Source: Bacteroidota bacterium
Lineage (GTDB): Bacteria; Bacteroidota; Ignavibacteria; UBA10030; UBA6906
DNA length: 64,000 nt
Assembly: GCA_040756745.1 (NCBI GenBank)
Contig: JBFLYO010000003.1
Coordinates: 15,072 to 79,071, forward strand
Reading direction: 5' to 3'
Below are positions 51,848 through 60,925 of this stretch, piece after piece. A program made the translations under genes and the position numbers. Each line of letters starts with the position of its first letter. The first letter of the stretch is position 1. Below the pieces are notes generated by a model. The model worked only from the letters and a program-made list of their open reading frames with translations. It did no database searches and was not told the origin of the DNA.

Positions 51848-52371
51848 GCCTTCGCTTGTGCAGGTCGGACAAAGGGGCGGAACACTGCAAGCGCGATGAT
51901 CGTGTAGTAGCAGAGCAGGGCGATCACCGGCGCGCCGGCGAGCGCGGCCAAACGGGCGATGAAGAGTTCGCGGAACACCTCATTCCCAGCGGTGGTAAAA
52001 AATTCCATGTACACCATCTCAGCGTCCAGATACATCGTGAACAGTTCCACAGGGACAAACGCATAGAACAGGATCGCGCTCATCATGAGCCAGCCGTTCT
52101 CCTTGAGGCGGAGGGGGGTCGTTACCAGGAACAGCGTCGCGCTGACGAGGACGACCGCATAGCTGATCATGATGATGACGGAGGCGAACGACATCAGACG
52201 GAAGATCTCCCGTTCTGCTTCAGGGGCGAGGTATTCCTCGAACTCGAGCGTCCCCGTCTTGAGCATGTCGTCCCCGATCATGGCACGGATGTTCACCCCC
52301 CCCAGCCACACGATAGCGCCGACGATCATGATGAAGAGGGCCGCCCGGGAGAGACGAGGGGACGGTGTCAT
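51844..52371 (-). CDS. hypothetical polytopic membrane protein
   Basis: Four to five hydrophobic helices. The start was chosen at MTPSPRLSRAALFIMIV (52371); the track ORF extends to 52422. Confidence 0.5.
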   Translation of the reverse strand: MTPSPRLSRAALFIMIVGAIVWLGGVNIRAMIGDDMLKTGTLEFEEYLAPEAEREIFRLMSFASVIIMISYAVVLVSATLFLVTTPLRLKENGWLMMSAILFYAFVPVELFTMYLDAEMVYMEFFTTAGNEVFRELFIARLAALAGAPVIALLCYYTIIALAVFRPFVRPAQAKA

Positions 52372-52802
52372 GTGCTCTCCGCGCGGGTCCTGCCGGCGTC
52401 GATCAGCCAGTTCTTGTACCACGCAAGGTCATGGCAAAGCGCCAGGAGACTCTCCACGCCCCCATGTGTCATGACGAGGTACGTCCGTTCGAAGCGCTCG
52501 CGCGCGTCAGCCGGAGCGTCCTTGAGCATTCCTGTGATCAGCGCCACAGCGTGATCGAGACTCCGGGCAAACTCGGATGCCAACCGGTCGTACCCTTCTC
52601 CGTTAGGGCCGATCCGGTTCATGATCCCGTACGCGCGGTGGAGGAACTTGGATTGAAAGCAAAGCTCCTCCAGCGTCTGCCGCCGCGCCGGGGCACGGCC
52701 GAGGTCCAACAGCATCCCCAGATCGTCACGCCTCCCGAGTGTGCCGCCTGACAAGACGTCCAACTCTGACAGCAACGATTCCGTAGCCGGGGAGAATTGC
52801 AT
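52368..52802 (-). CDS. hypothetical helical protein (first gene of the minus-strand acpS operon)
   Basis: 144-aa ORF. Its stop overlaps the start of the downstream membrane protein gene. Confidence 0.4.
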   Translation of the reverse strand: MQFSPATESLLSELDVLSGGTLGRRDDLGMLLDLGRAPARRQTLEELCFQSKFLHRAYGIMNRIGPNGEGYDRLASEFARSLDHAVALITGMLKDAPADARERFERTYLVMTHGGVESLLALCHDLAWYKNWLIDAGRTRAEST

Positions 52803-52967
52803 GATGTAATATAGAGAATAGGGGAAGGAGTTTCAAACACGCGGTGGAACTTCGCTGCGTACAAGCCGCTTTACAGTGCGGGGACGTCCCCTGACCCCGT
52901 TTTGATTCTGAGGACTCAAAACACTACTTTAGCCAGGCAGAACGGAACCAGTGGACAGGAGTCGGGC

Positions 52968-54527
52968 GTGCGCCTCACCAGGAAAATCCTCATTGCGATC
53001 GTCCCCGTCTTTCTCATCTTCATCACCGTCAGCGTCGTGCTCCAGAATCAGTTCCAGGAACGGGAAATGATGGAAGAGGCACAGGTTGCAGCACACACCT
53101 ACGCCGACATCGTCAAAGAATCGCTCGTCAGCATGATGCTGAAGAACTACGAGGTGGACAGCAGCTTCATCGACCGCGTGAATATGTTGAAGCAGATTGA
53201 TACGCTTCGCGTGTTCGTCAATAATCTGAGAATCCGTGATGAGCTGCTGACTCCGGAACGGTACCTGCGCCTGCAACTGAAGTATGCGACCCTTCGCCCG
53301 AAAGACATGATAGAGAAGCGGGTGCTGGAAGGCGGCGAGCCCTTCTTCGAGCGGGAAGGAGAGTACTTCAGGGGCGTGATTCCCTTCACGGCCACGTCGG
53401 TCTGCCAGAAATGCCACGCCGTCCCGGTCGGGTACGCGCTGGGTGCGGCGGACATCCGGATCTCGTTTGCGCGGGTGTCGGCGGCCACGGCTCAGAACTG
53501 GAGCCGGTCGCTGATCATCTTTGTGGTCTTCGCGGCTGTCGTGATCGGCGTCGCGGTGATGATGTTCCGGATCTTCGTTTCCAAGCCCGTGCGCGGCCTG
53601 GTCGGCGCTACGTTTCAGATCAGCCGGGGGAACCTCGACACCCCGGTACCGGGGGCGGAGGTGCTTCGTCCCGGCGAAGACGAGCTTGCCGTGCTGTCCC
53701 TCCGATTCGATGAAATGAGAATCTCCCTCAAGGAAAAGATCGACCAGCTTGACCACGCCAACCGGTCGCTCTCCGACCGAAATACCGAGCTCGAAAGAGC
53801 TCTGGACCGCCTCCGCAAGGCGCAGGAGGATCTCGTCCGCAGCGAGCGTCTTGCCGTGACAGGGAAGCTGACCGCACAACTTTCACACGAGATCAACAAT
53901 CCGATCCACAATATCCAGAGTCTCCTGGAGTCCGCCCTGCGCAAGGTGAACGGCAACGTCGCCCTCCGGGAACTCATCGGCGTCGCTCTTGAAGAAGTGT
54001 CCCGGATGGCAAAGCTGACCCGCCAGATGCTCGATTTCTACCGGGGGTCAGTGGTCGAACACGAGCAGGATGAAGTGGATCTCCGGAGTCTTCTTGTGGA
54101 AACCGCGCGCAGCTACACGCCCCAGCTCGAACAGGCGGGGATCACGGTGGTCCTCGAAGCGAACGAGCCGGTTCCCCCCGTGCGTGGGTCGCGCGACAAG
54201 CTGAAGCAGGTGCTGATCAATCTCGTGATCAATGCGCGCGACGCCATGGACTCTGGCGGGATGCTGGCCCTGCGCTGCCGGGCAAACCGTGGGAGCGTCT
54301 GCGTCGAGGTTGCGGACACCGGCGTGGGGATTCCGGAAGAGAACATGGGGCGGATCTTCGAGGCGTTTTTCACCACCAAGAAGGAAGTGAGTGGCGTGGG
54401 TCTGGGACTAGCCGTCAGCTATGGCATCGTCCAGGCGCACCAGGGCACCATCGCCGTCCGCAGCACAATCGGGAAAGGGACGACGTTCATTATCGAACTC
54501 CCGGCATCGGCCGACGTCCATGTCTGA
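52968..54527 (+). CDS. sensor histidine kinase with periplasmic CxxCH heme-binding PAS-like (Tll0287/DUF3365-like) sensor domain
   Basis: TM helix, then a sensor region carrying VCQKCHAVPVGYALGAADI (CxxCH), a second TM, HAMP, H-box LSHEINNPIHNI and G-boxes DTGVGIPEEN and GVGLGLAVSYG. The start was chosen at the GTG at 52968 (RBS AGGAG). The track begins at the TTG at 52902. Confidence 0.8.
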   Translation: MRLTRKILIAIVPVFLIFITVSVVLQNQFQEREMMEEAQVAAHTYADIVKESLVSMMLKNYEVDSSFIDRVNMLKQIDTLRVFVNNLRIRDELLTPERYLRLQLKYATLRPKDMIEKRVLEGGEPFFEREGEYFRGVIPFTATSVCQKCHAVPVGYALGAADIRISFARVSAATAQNWSRSLIIFVVFAAVVIGVAVMMFRIFVSKPVRGLVGATFQISRGNLDTPVPGAEVLRPGEDELAVLSLRFDEMRISLKEKIDQLDHANRSLSDRNTELERALDRLRKAQEDLVRSERLAVTGKLTAQLSHEINNPIHNIQSLLESALRKVNGNVALRELIGVALEEVSRMAKLTRQMLDFYRGSVVEHEQDEVDLRSLLVETARSYTPQLEQAGITVVLEANEPVPPVRGSRDKLKQVLINLVINARDAMDSGGMLALRCRANRGSVCVEVADTGVGIPEENMGRIFEAFFTTKKEVSGVGLGLAVSYGIVQAHQGTIAVRSTIGKGTTFIIELPASADVHV

Positions 54528-55920
54528 TCAGGCATCCATCCTCGTGGTCGACGACGACAAGGCCTTCCGCGTCGCCACCAAAACTCTGCTGGAAGATGAA
54601 GGATTTGTCGTAGCGACTGCTGCAAGCGGCGACGAAGCGCTGACGAAGATGGAGACAGAGCAGTTCGATCTGGTGCTCTCTGATATGGTAATGGGAAAGA
54701 TGAGCGGCGTGGAACTGCTTGCCAACGTCAAAGCGAAGCGCCCCGACCTCCCCGTCATCATGGTCACCGGCTTCGGCTCCATTCAGACGGCGGTGGAGGC
54801 GATGCGGCTTGGTGCGTCGGATTACCTGACGAAACCATCCAACAACGACGAGCTGCTCATCAAGATCCGCCGCGCCCTGGAGATGCAGGACAAGGAGCGT
54901 CAGCTCCGCTCGCTTCGTGAGGAGCTGCAGGGGACCTACAGCTTCGGCAACATGGTGAGCCGCAGCCCGGTAATGCAGGAAGTGATACGTCAGGTGCAGC
55001 AGGTGGCCGACACCGACGTGACGATCCTCATCCAGGGGGAAAGCGGGACAGGCAAGGAGCTCGTCGCGCGCGCGCTCCACTTTAACAGCAAACGCTCCCT
55101 GAAACCGTTCGTCGTCGTCAACTGCTCGGCGATCCCCGAAAATCTGCTGGAGAGCGAACTCTTTGGGTATGAGCGCGGCGCCTTCACGGGAGCGACCCGC
55201 CAGCGGGCAGGAAAGTTCGAAGAAGCGAACAACGGTACACTCTTCCTGGATGAGATCGGGGACATCTCACCCGCCGTTCAGACCAAGCTGCTCCGGGCCC
55301 TTCAGGATAAAACCTTTGAGCGGGTCGGCGGAACGGGATCCATCAGCGTGAACACCCGCGTCGTTGCTGCAACCAACCGGAACCTTGATGTGATGGTCCG
55401 TCAGGGGGACTTCCGCGAGGATCTGTTCTATCGCCTCAATGTCTTCCCGATTGTACTTCCTCCGCTGCGCGAACGACTTGAAGACATCCCGCTCCTGACG
55501 GAACATTTCCTGCACCGCCATGCGGACCTGGCAGGAGGGACGGTGAAGTCAGTGGCCACCGCCGTGATCAGCGACATGATGAACTATACGTGGCGGGGGA
55601 ACATCCGCGAACTGGAGAATCTGATCAAACGCGCCATCATCAAGACCCCCGGCGAGGTGATCACGTCGCTCGAACTTCCCAACGTCGAGCCCGCCGCGCC
55701 GTCATCCGGGGAGCCCGCCGAGGGCGTCAACCTGAACACTCCGTATAAAGACTACATCGGCAGCATCATCCGCCATGCCGAGGAGCGGTACCTGGTCCGC
55801 ATGCTCCGCCTCTGCAAGGGGAACATCAACCAGGTGGCGAAGCTGATGGACGTAGACCGGAAGACCATTTATCGCAAGATGTCCGACTATTCGATCGATC
55901 CGGCCTCGTTCCGCGAATGA
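54520..55920 (+). CDS. sigma-54-dependent response regulator (NtrC family: REC, AAA+ with GAFTGA, Fis-type HTH)
   Basis: Receiver (ILVVDDD...DLVLSDMVM), Walker A GESGTGKE, GAFTGA, ESELFGYERGAFTGA and a C-terminal HTH. The ATG at 54520 overlaps the kinase stop by 8 nt. Confidence 0.9.
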   Translation: MSDQASILVVDDDKAFRVATKTLLEDEGFVVATAASGDEALTKMETEQFDLVLSDMVMGKMSGVELLANVKAKRPDLPVIMVTGFGSIQTAVEAMRLGASDYLTKPSNNDELLIKIRRALEMQDKERQLRSLREELQGTYSFGNMVSRSPVMQEVIRQVQQVADTDVTILIQGESGTGKELVARALHFNSKRSLKPFVVVNCSAIPENLLESELFGYERGAFTGATRQRAGKFEEANNGTLFLDEIGDISPAVQTKLLRALQDKTFERVGGTGSISVNTRVVAATNRNLDVMVRQGDFREDLFYRLNVFPIVLPPLRERLEDIPLLTEHFLHRHADLAGGTVKSVATAVISDMMNYTWRGNIRELENLIKRAIIKTPGEVITSLELPNVEPAAPSSGEPAEGVNLNTPYKDYIGSIIRHAEERYLVRMLRLCKGNINQVAKLMDVDRKTIYRKMSDYSIDPASFRE

Positions 55921-56061
55921 TCCCGCGTGTGGCATCACCGCCACACTACCGCTCGCCAGCGAGTTCCCTCCTGTGGTTTTGCTGCCCCACTCCCCGGTCG
56001 ACCTCGGTTGAATCGCCGCAAAAACCCCCCTCCCCGACTTCACCGATTGGTTTTCCTCCCT

Positions 56062-56077
56062 TGGCACAGTGGTTGAC
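56062..56077 (+). promoter_or_regulatory. candidate sigma-54 (-24/-12) promoter element TGGCACAGTGGTTGAC upstream of the ECF sigma gene
   Basis: TGGCAC-N5-TTGA compared with the consensus TGGCAC-N5-TTGCW. The GG to -12 spacing is correct but the -12 dinucleotide is GA rather than GC. It lies 53 nt upstream of the ATG at 56130 and directly downstream of the sigma-54 activator gene. Confidence 0.4.
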
Positions 56078-56129
56078 CCTGTTGATCCTACCAAACGACC
56101 ACGACGGCATACATACAGGGGGAACGGCC

Positions 56130-56690
56130 ATGATGACGACACGGTTCGAGCGGGAAGCCCTGACGCAGCTACCGGCGCTCCGTCACTACGCAGAGTCGCT
56201 GACGAAGGACCGGCAGCGATCTGACGACCTGGTGCAGGAAACGATGTTGAAAGCCCTCCGCTATTTCGACACGTACAGGGAGGGGACGAACTGCAGGGCG
56301 TGGCTGTTCCAGATATGCAAACACTCGTTCATCAACGAGTACCGTCGAAAGGAATACGAGCCGATCCTCGTCGATTTCCAGTCGGAGGCCGGCGGCGGAG
56401 ATGATGCGGGGGAATGGCATGGCGTGCACCCTTCGCTCAACGATGCCTCCGCGCAGCAGGATGACGGCGCGATGCTTGGAGACGAGGTGACCTCGGCGCT
56501 GCGAGGTCTCCCCCACGACTACCAGACCGTGCTGCTCCTGAACGACATCGAGGGATACACGTACGACGAGATTGCGGCGTTCATGCAGGTGCCCGTCGGC
56601 ACGATTCGCTCCCGTATCCACCGTGCCCGCAAGATGCTCGCGGCGAGGCTGGAGCGCTATGCTGAAGAGCTGGGATACAGACAGAACTAG
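56130..56690 (+). CDS. RNA polymerase sigma factor, ECF (sigma-70 group 4) family
   Basis: Region 2 (LVQETMLKALRYFDTYREGTNCRAWLFQICKHSFINEYRR) and region 4 (LLLNDIEGYTYDEIAAFMQVPVGTIRSRIHRAR). The start was chosen at MMTTRFE with RBS GGGGGAA. The track ORF extends upstream with no domain content. Confidence 0.85.
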   Translation: MMTTRFEREALTQLPALRHYAESLTKDRQRSDDLVQETMLKALRYFDTYREGTNCRAWLFQICKHSFINEYRRKEYEPILVDFQSEAGGGDDAGEWHGVHPSLNDASAQQDDGAMLGDEVTSALRGLPHDYQTVLLLNDIEGYTYDEIAAFMQVPVGTIRSRIHRARKMLAARLERYAEELGYRQN

Positions 56691-56691
56691 G

Positions 56692-56782
56692 GTGAAGCAC
56701 ATTCAATTCGGATTGCGGATTGCGAAGTGCGGAATATTCCGCAATCCACACTCCGCAATCCGCAATGCTGAGATTGCTTCAC
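56692..56782. repeat. Family 2 palindromic element between the ECF sigma stop and the cyc2-like gene start
   Basis: Outer arms GTGAAGCA...TGCTTCAC. Inner imperfect palindrome CGGATTGCGGATTGCGAAGTGCGGAATATTCCGCAATCCACACTCCGCAATCCG. Confidence 0.75.
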
Positions 56783-56850
56783 ACCGATGGCCTGAGTATA
56801 TTGCCCCGTTTCCTGTTCTTTTCCCGCAGACAGCTCACAAGGAGCGCATC

Positions 56851-57948
56851 ATGATGATCCGCCGGCCGATTATGCTCGTCCTTCTTGCGGCATCTGTGGC
56901 GTTCACCGCAGAAGCGCTGCCCCGGTTCTCCTCCCGCACCGGTTTCAAGTGTCAGTCCTGCCACGTCAACCCGTCAGGCGGGGCAATGCGCCTTGCCAAC
57001 GGGGTCCAGTACGGCAGGGAACAGCTTCCCGTTCCCGAGTGGTCAAAGGAGTTCGAAGTCGAAGACTTCTCCAACGTCATCACGAACATCCTGGGAGTGG
57101 GAGCGGACGTTCGGACCCTTTTTTTCTATCAGCGCCTGACCGACACAACGACGCTGAACGGTTTCTGGCAGATGCAGGGAGACATCTACCTGAATTTTCG
57201 AATCGCGAGAAAGATCAGCTTCTTCCTCAAGAAGGGACTGCGGGACGGGTTTGAAGCGTACGGACTCTTCTCCGTCCTCCCAGCGACGGGATACGTGAAG
57301 GTGGGGAAATTCCTCCCGAACTACGGACTCAGAATCGACGACCATACGACATACATCCGGCAGGTTACCGGCATGAGCCCTGAACGCGGCCGCGTGGAAC
57401 GGACCGGGTTGGAACTCGCCATATCCCCGGGTCCGCTCACGTTCAGCGGAGGGATGTACAATGCGGAAGAGGGGAACTTCCCAACGTCGTCAAGCAAGAA
57501 GGCCATTCTGGGACGCGCTGAAGGACTGTTCAACCTGGGCGAAGAGCTCTTCCTTGGGCTGGGAGGCAATGTGTTCATCAGGGAAGTGCAGGGAGTGAGG
57601 TCGACGTACTATGGCGGATTCGGCTCGTTCAGCGTGGGGCGGCTTACGGTATTTGGTGAAGCTGACCTGGTGAGGAACAAGACCCCTGGTGGGACGACGG
57701 TGAAGGAGCTGGTAACGTATGTGGAGGGGGACATGATGATCACCCAGGGGCTCGATCTGAAGCTCGCATTCGATTTCCACGATCTCGACCTGGATCTCAA
57801 GTCGGGAACAAAATCGCGTTACAGCGTCGGGTTTGAATTCTTCCCCGTGGGCGGCGTGGAGGTCCGACCGGTGTACCGGATTGTCAGGGAGAACCCGAGC
57901 GTGGGCAACAGGGACGAGTTTCATCTGCTTCTGCACTTGTATCTCTGA
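56851..57948 (+). CDS. outer-membrane beta-barrel protein with N-terminal CxxCH heme motif. Candidate Cyc2-like fused monoheme cytochrome-porin
   Basis: Strong RBS AAGGAG and a signal peptide MMIRRPIMLVLLAASVAFTAEA. CQSCH (KCQSCHVNPSGG) lies within 15 residues of the predicted mature N-terminus. It is followed by about 330 residues of alternating Gly/aromatic beta-strand-like sequence. The ORF track start at 56572 overlaps the sigma gene and was rejected. Confidence 0.5.
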   Translation: MMIRRPIMLVLLAASVAFTAEALPRFSSRTGFKCQSCHVNPSGGAMRLANGVQYGREQLPVPEWSKEFEVEDFSNVITNILGVGADVRTLFFYQRLTDTTTLNGFWQMQGDIYLNFRIARKISFFLKKGLRDGFEAYGLFSVLPATGYVKVGKFLPNYGLRIDDHTTYIRQVTGMSPERGRVERTGLELAISPGPLTFSGGMYNAEEGNFPTSSSKKAILGRAEGLFNLGEELFLGLGGNVFIREVQGVRSTYYGGFGSFSVGRLTVFGEADLVRNKTPGGTTVKELVTYVEGDMMITQGLDLKLAFDFHDLDLDLKSGTKSRYSVGFEFFPVGGVEVRPVYRIVRENPSVGNRDEFHLLLHLYL

Positions 57949-57954
57949 ACGAAC

Positions 57955-58407
57955 ATGGAGAAGCGCGTGTCTCTGCGTCTGGCGATCTCGATAATTCTTG
58001 TCGCGGCGCCGGTGTGCTCATTCGCTCAGAGCAAGAGTCGGGGTTTGATGAATCAAACCCCGACTCTGACGAAACCCGGAAAGACGATTTCGTTCAGGCA
58101 GGATGTGTTTCCGATCATCAGCAAGAACTGCCTTCCGTGCCACGCAGAGGACAACTTCAATCCGAGCGAGCTATCCCTTGATTCCTATGAGCTCTTGATG
58201 GAAGGAGGGAAGCATGGCCCGCCTGTTGTCGCGGGGAACGCGAAGGAGAGTCTCATCGTGAGGAAGACCGGGCTCAATCCGCCGTTTGGGGACCGGATGC
58301 CATTGAACTCCAAGCAGAAGATCGAATCGGGAAATGCCAAATGGCTCACGGAGGCGGAACTGAAGATCATCGCAGAATGGGTGGAGCAAGGGGCGAAGGA
58401 TAATTAG
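57955..58407 (+). CDS. small secreted monoheme c-type cytochrome with PSCyt1-like (planctomycete cytochrome c) heme-binding domain
   Basis: Signal peptide (…CSFAQS). DVFPIISKNCLPCHAED...LMEGGKHGPPVVAGNAKESLIVRK matches the PSCyt1 pattern around its CxxCH. Confidence 0.65.
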   Translation: MEKRVSLRLAISIILVAAPVCSFAQSKSRGLMNQTPTLTKPGKTISFRQDVFPIISKNCLPCHAEDNFNPSELSLDSYELLMEGGKHGPPVVAGNAKESLIVRKTGLNPPFGDRMPLNSKQKIESGNAKWLTEAELKIIAEWVEQGAKDN

Positions 58408-58417
58408 AAATGAGAGA

Positions 58418-58506
58418 TTCAGTCGGGGCTGAATATATTCAGCCCCGACTGAATCAGAAGTTGTCAATTGTCATTGCGGGGCCGGTGTGGGAGCACACCG
58501 GCCCCC
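58418..58506. terminator. two consecutive perfect hairpins after the cytochrome c gene (probable bidirectional terminator)
   Basis: The first is GATTCAGTCGGGGCTGAATAT/ATATTCAGCCCCGACTGAATC, a 19-bp perfect palindrome. The second is GGGGCCGGTGTG-GGAG-CACACCGGCCCC, followed by a T-rich tract. Confidence 0.6.
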
Positions 58507-58585
58507 TCGCTTATATCCTCTGATTTGATTCTCAAACGGAATCTCGCGATATTGTTTACATAATCTGCCTTTCATTTTTCTGCGC

Positions 58586-60925
58586 ATGCTTGAAGAGAAA
58601 CCCGGCATCAATCCGGGCCGGTTCTTCCGAAAGGAATGGATCGCTCCCGGCGTTCTTGTGAAGGTCGGCATTGGTCTGTCACTGACCACAGTGCTTGTGC
58701 TTCTGTTTCCACGCGGCGAGTCTATTGAGCTTGAATATCGCGTGGGAGCAGTCTGGGCGCAAAAAGACCTGATCGCTCCCTTTTCCTTCCCCATATTCCG
58801 TGACGAGCGTGAATATGCGCGTGATGTCGAAGAGGCCAGGAAGCGGGTGTTCAACGTCTTTGAGCGGGACACAGCCGGGAGCGAGATGCAGGTCGCGCAA
58901 CTCGACAGCTTCTTCGCGCGGCTCGAGGAGACGCTCGCGGCGCGGGCGCACCAGCGCAGGAACATGCGCAAAGGGGGGGGATCCGCATCAGAAGATTCCT
59001 CAAGGTTCAGCCGGCTTGCCTCCGCCCTTGACATTCCCTTCTCCGACAAGGAGTGGGATGCCCTCTCCTCGCTTGTCTCCTCGGGCCGTCTCCGTCAGAT
59101 GGGGCGGGTGCTGAGCAATCTTGCCCGTAGGTATCTTCACGTCGGGATCATCGACAGGCCGAAGAATGCACTCGGACGGCCCGACATCGCAATCCGCAAG
59201 GGTACGGTCGAGGAAATTCTTCCCGCGGCGCGCCTGCTCGACAACAACGACCTTCACGCGCTCCTGGAGAAGGAGCTCTCGGAGAGGTTCCCCGGCGACC
59301 ATGAGGCTGTCGGGATGGCCTACAAGATCGGCGTGATGCACATCAAGCCAAACGTGAAATTCAGTGCGGCGGCAACGGACCAGGCCCTTGCCGCAGCCGC
59401 CGACGCCGTGCCCCGGACTCTCGGCTTCGTTCAGGAGAACGAGCGGATCGTCAGCAAGCATGAGCGCATTACACAGGAAACCAGGCTGAAGCTGGAATCG
59501 CTGCGCCGTGCCCGCGCCGAACGGGGACCGGAGTCGGACCGACCGACACAATTCCTCGGGACGATCCTCCATGTGTCGATCGTGTTGGTCCTGTACGGCC
59601 TCTATTTGTTCCTCTTCCGGAAGGGGATCTTTGGCAGCAATCGGAAACTGGCACTCATCGCCGTCATTTTCGTGATGGAAGGAGCGTTTGCGTACCTGAC
59701 CCGCGAAGCCGACGTGAACGCCCCGCTTGAATTCCTCATCCTCGTGCCGGTGGCGTCGATGCTCCTCACCATCATCTTCGACTCCCGCGTTGGCTTTTAC
59801 GGCACAGTGATCATCTCGTACCTCGTGGCGGGGATCCGCGGGAACGACTATTCGGTCGCCCTCGCGTCGCTTGTTGCAGGTGCGATGGCGGTCTACACGG
59901 TCCGGGACATGAAAAACCGGACGCAGATCTTCCGGTCACTCGGCTTCATCTTCCTCGGGTATGGGATATCCATCACGGCGCTGGGGCTGGAGCGGTTCGA
60001 GTCCACGCCTATCGTCGTGGAACAACTGGCGTACGGACTGCTGAATGCGGTGATCTCCCCCGTGATGACCTACGGACTGCTGATCTTCCTGGAGAAGAGC
60101 TTCCGCGTGACGACCGACCTCGCCCTCATGGAGCTGGCGCATTTCAACCATCCGCTGCTCCGCCAGCTCTCAGAGCAGGCGCCTGGCACGTATCATCACA
60201 GCATGACGATGGCGACGCTTGCAGAAGCCGCCGCGGCGGCCGTGGGTGCGAACGAGGTGCTCGCCCGCGTGGGGGCCTATTTCCATGATGTCGGCAAGAT
60301 CGTGAAGCCGACCTATTTCGTGGAGAACCAGAAGACCTCCCGCAGCAGGCATGACAAGCTGTCGCCGCGCATGAGCTCCCTCATCATCGGCGCGCACGTC
60401 AAGGACGGGATTGCGCTGGCGCAAGAGCACCACCTTCCCGAGGAAGTGATCGAGTTCATCCCGATGCACCACGGCACCACACGGATGGACTACTTCTACA
60501 ACAAAGCGCTCGAACTGGCGCGGAACGATCCGGATGAAACCAAGATCGATGAGATCAAGGAGCAGGACTACCGCTACCCGGGCCCCAAGCCGCAGACAAA
60601 GGAGACGGGTATCATGATGCTGGCCGACGCGGTGGAGGCAGCGGTGCGGACGATCGACGACCCCACGCCCCAGCGCCTCGAGCAAGCAATCGACGAGCTC
60701 ATCAAGCTCCGGTTTGAAGAAGGGGAACTGGACGAATGTCCCCTGACGCTGAAGGACCTGACGCGCATTAAATCGGCCTTCCTTGGCGTCCTCGTCGGGA
60801 TTTACCACTCGCGGGTCAAATATCCCGACACGGCGCGCAGAAAGACACGCAAGACCACCACGCCGCCCGCCGAGCCCGCGGCGGAACGGAACACGAACAT
60901 CATCAGGGAGATCGATCGGCAATGA
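58586..60925 (+). CDS. PgpH-like 7TM receptor with intracellular HD phosphohydrolase domain (7TMR-HDED + HD/HDIG)
   Basis: Extracytoplasmic N-domain, 7 TM helices, then HD domain motifs (HSMTMATLAEAAA...GAYFHDVGK...HH). Confidence 0.8.
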   Translation: MLEEKPGINPGRFFRKEWIAPGVLVKVGIGLSLTTVLVLLFPRGESIELEYRVGAVWAQKDLIAPFSFPIFRDEREYARDVEEARKRVFNVFERDTAGSEMQVAQLDSFFARLEETLAARAHQRRNMRKGGGSASEDSSRFSRLASALDIPFSDKEWDALSSLVSSGRLRQMGRVLSNLARRYLHVGIIDRPKNALGRPDIAIRKGTVEEILPAARLLDNNDLHALLEKELSERFPGDHEAVGMAYKIGVMHIKPNVKFSAAATDQALAAAADAVPRTLGFVQENERIVSKHERITQETRLKLESLRRARAERGPESDRPTQFLGTILHVSIVLVLYGLYLFLFRKGIFGSNRKLALIAVIFVMEGAFAYLTREADVNAPLEFLILVPVASMLLTIIFDSRVGFYGTVIISYLVAGIRGNDYSVALASLVAGAMAVYTVRDMKNRTQIFRSLGFIFLGYGISITALGLERFESTPIVVEQLAYGLLNAVISPVMTYGLLIFLEKSFRVTTDLALMELAHFNHPLLRQLSEQAPGTYHHSMTMATLAEAAAAAVGANEVLARVGAYFHDVGKIVKPTYFVENQKTSRSRHDKLSPRMSSLIIGAHVKDGIALAQEHHLPEEVIEFIPMHHGTTRMDYFYNKALELARNDPDETKIDEIKEQDYRYPGPKPQTKETGIMMLADAVEAAVRTIDDPTPQRLEQAIDELIKLRFEEGELDECPLTLKDLTRIKSAFLGVLVGIYHSRVKYPDTARRKTRKTTTPPAEPAAERNTNIIREIDRQ

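Noticed and set aside
56572-56850. N-terminal 93-aa extension of the cyc2-like ORF given in the track (start at 56572)
   Set aside because: It overlaps the ECF sigma gene in another frame and translates the palindromic repeat. A strong AAGGAG RBS and a signal peptide begin at 56851.
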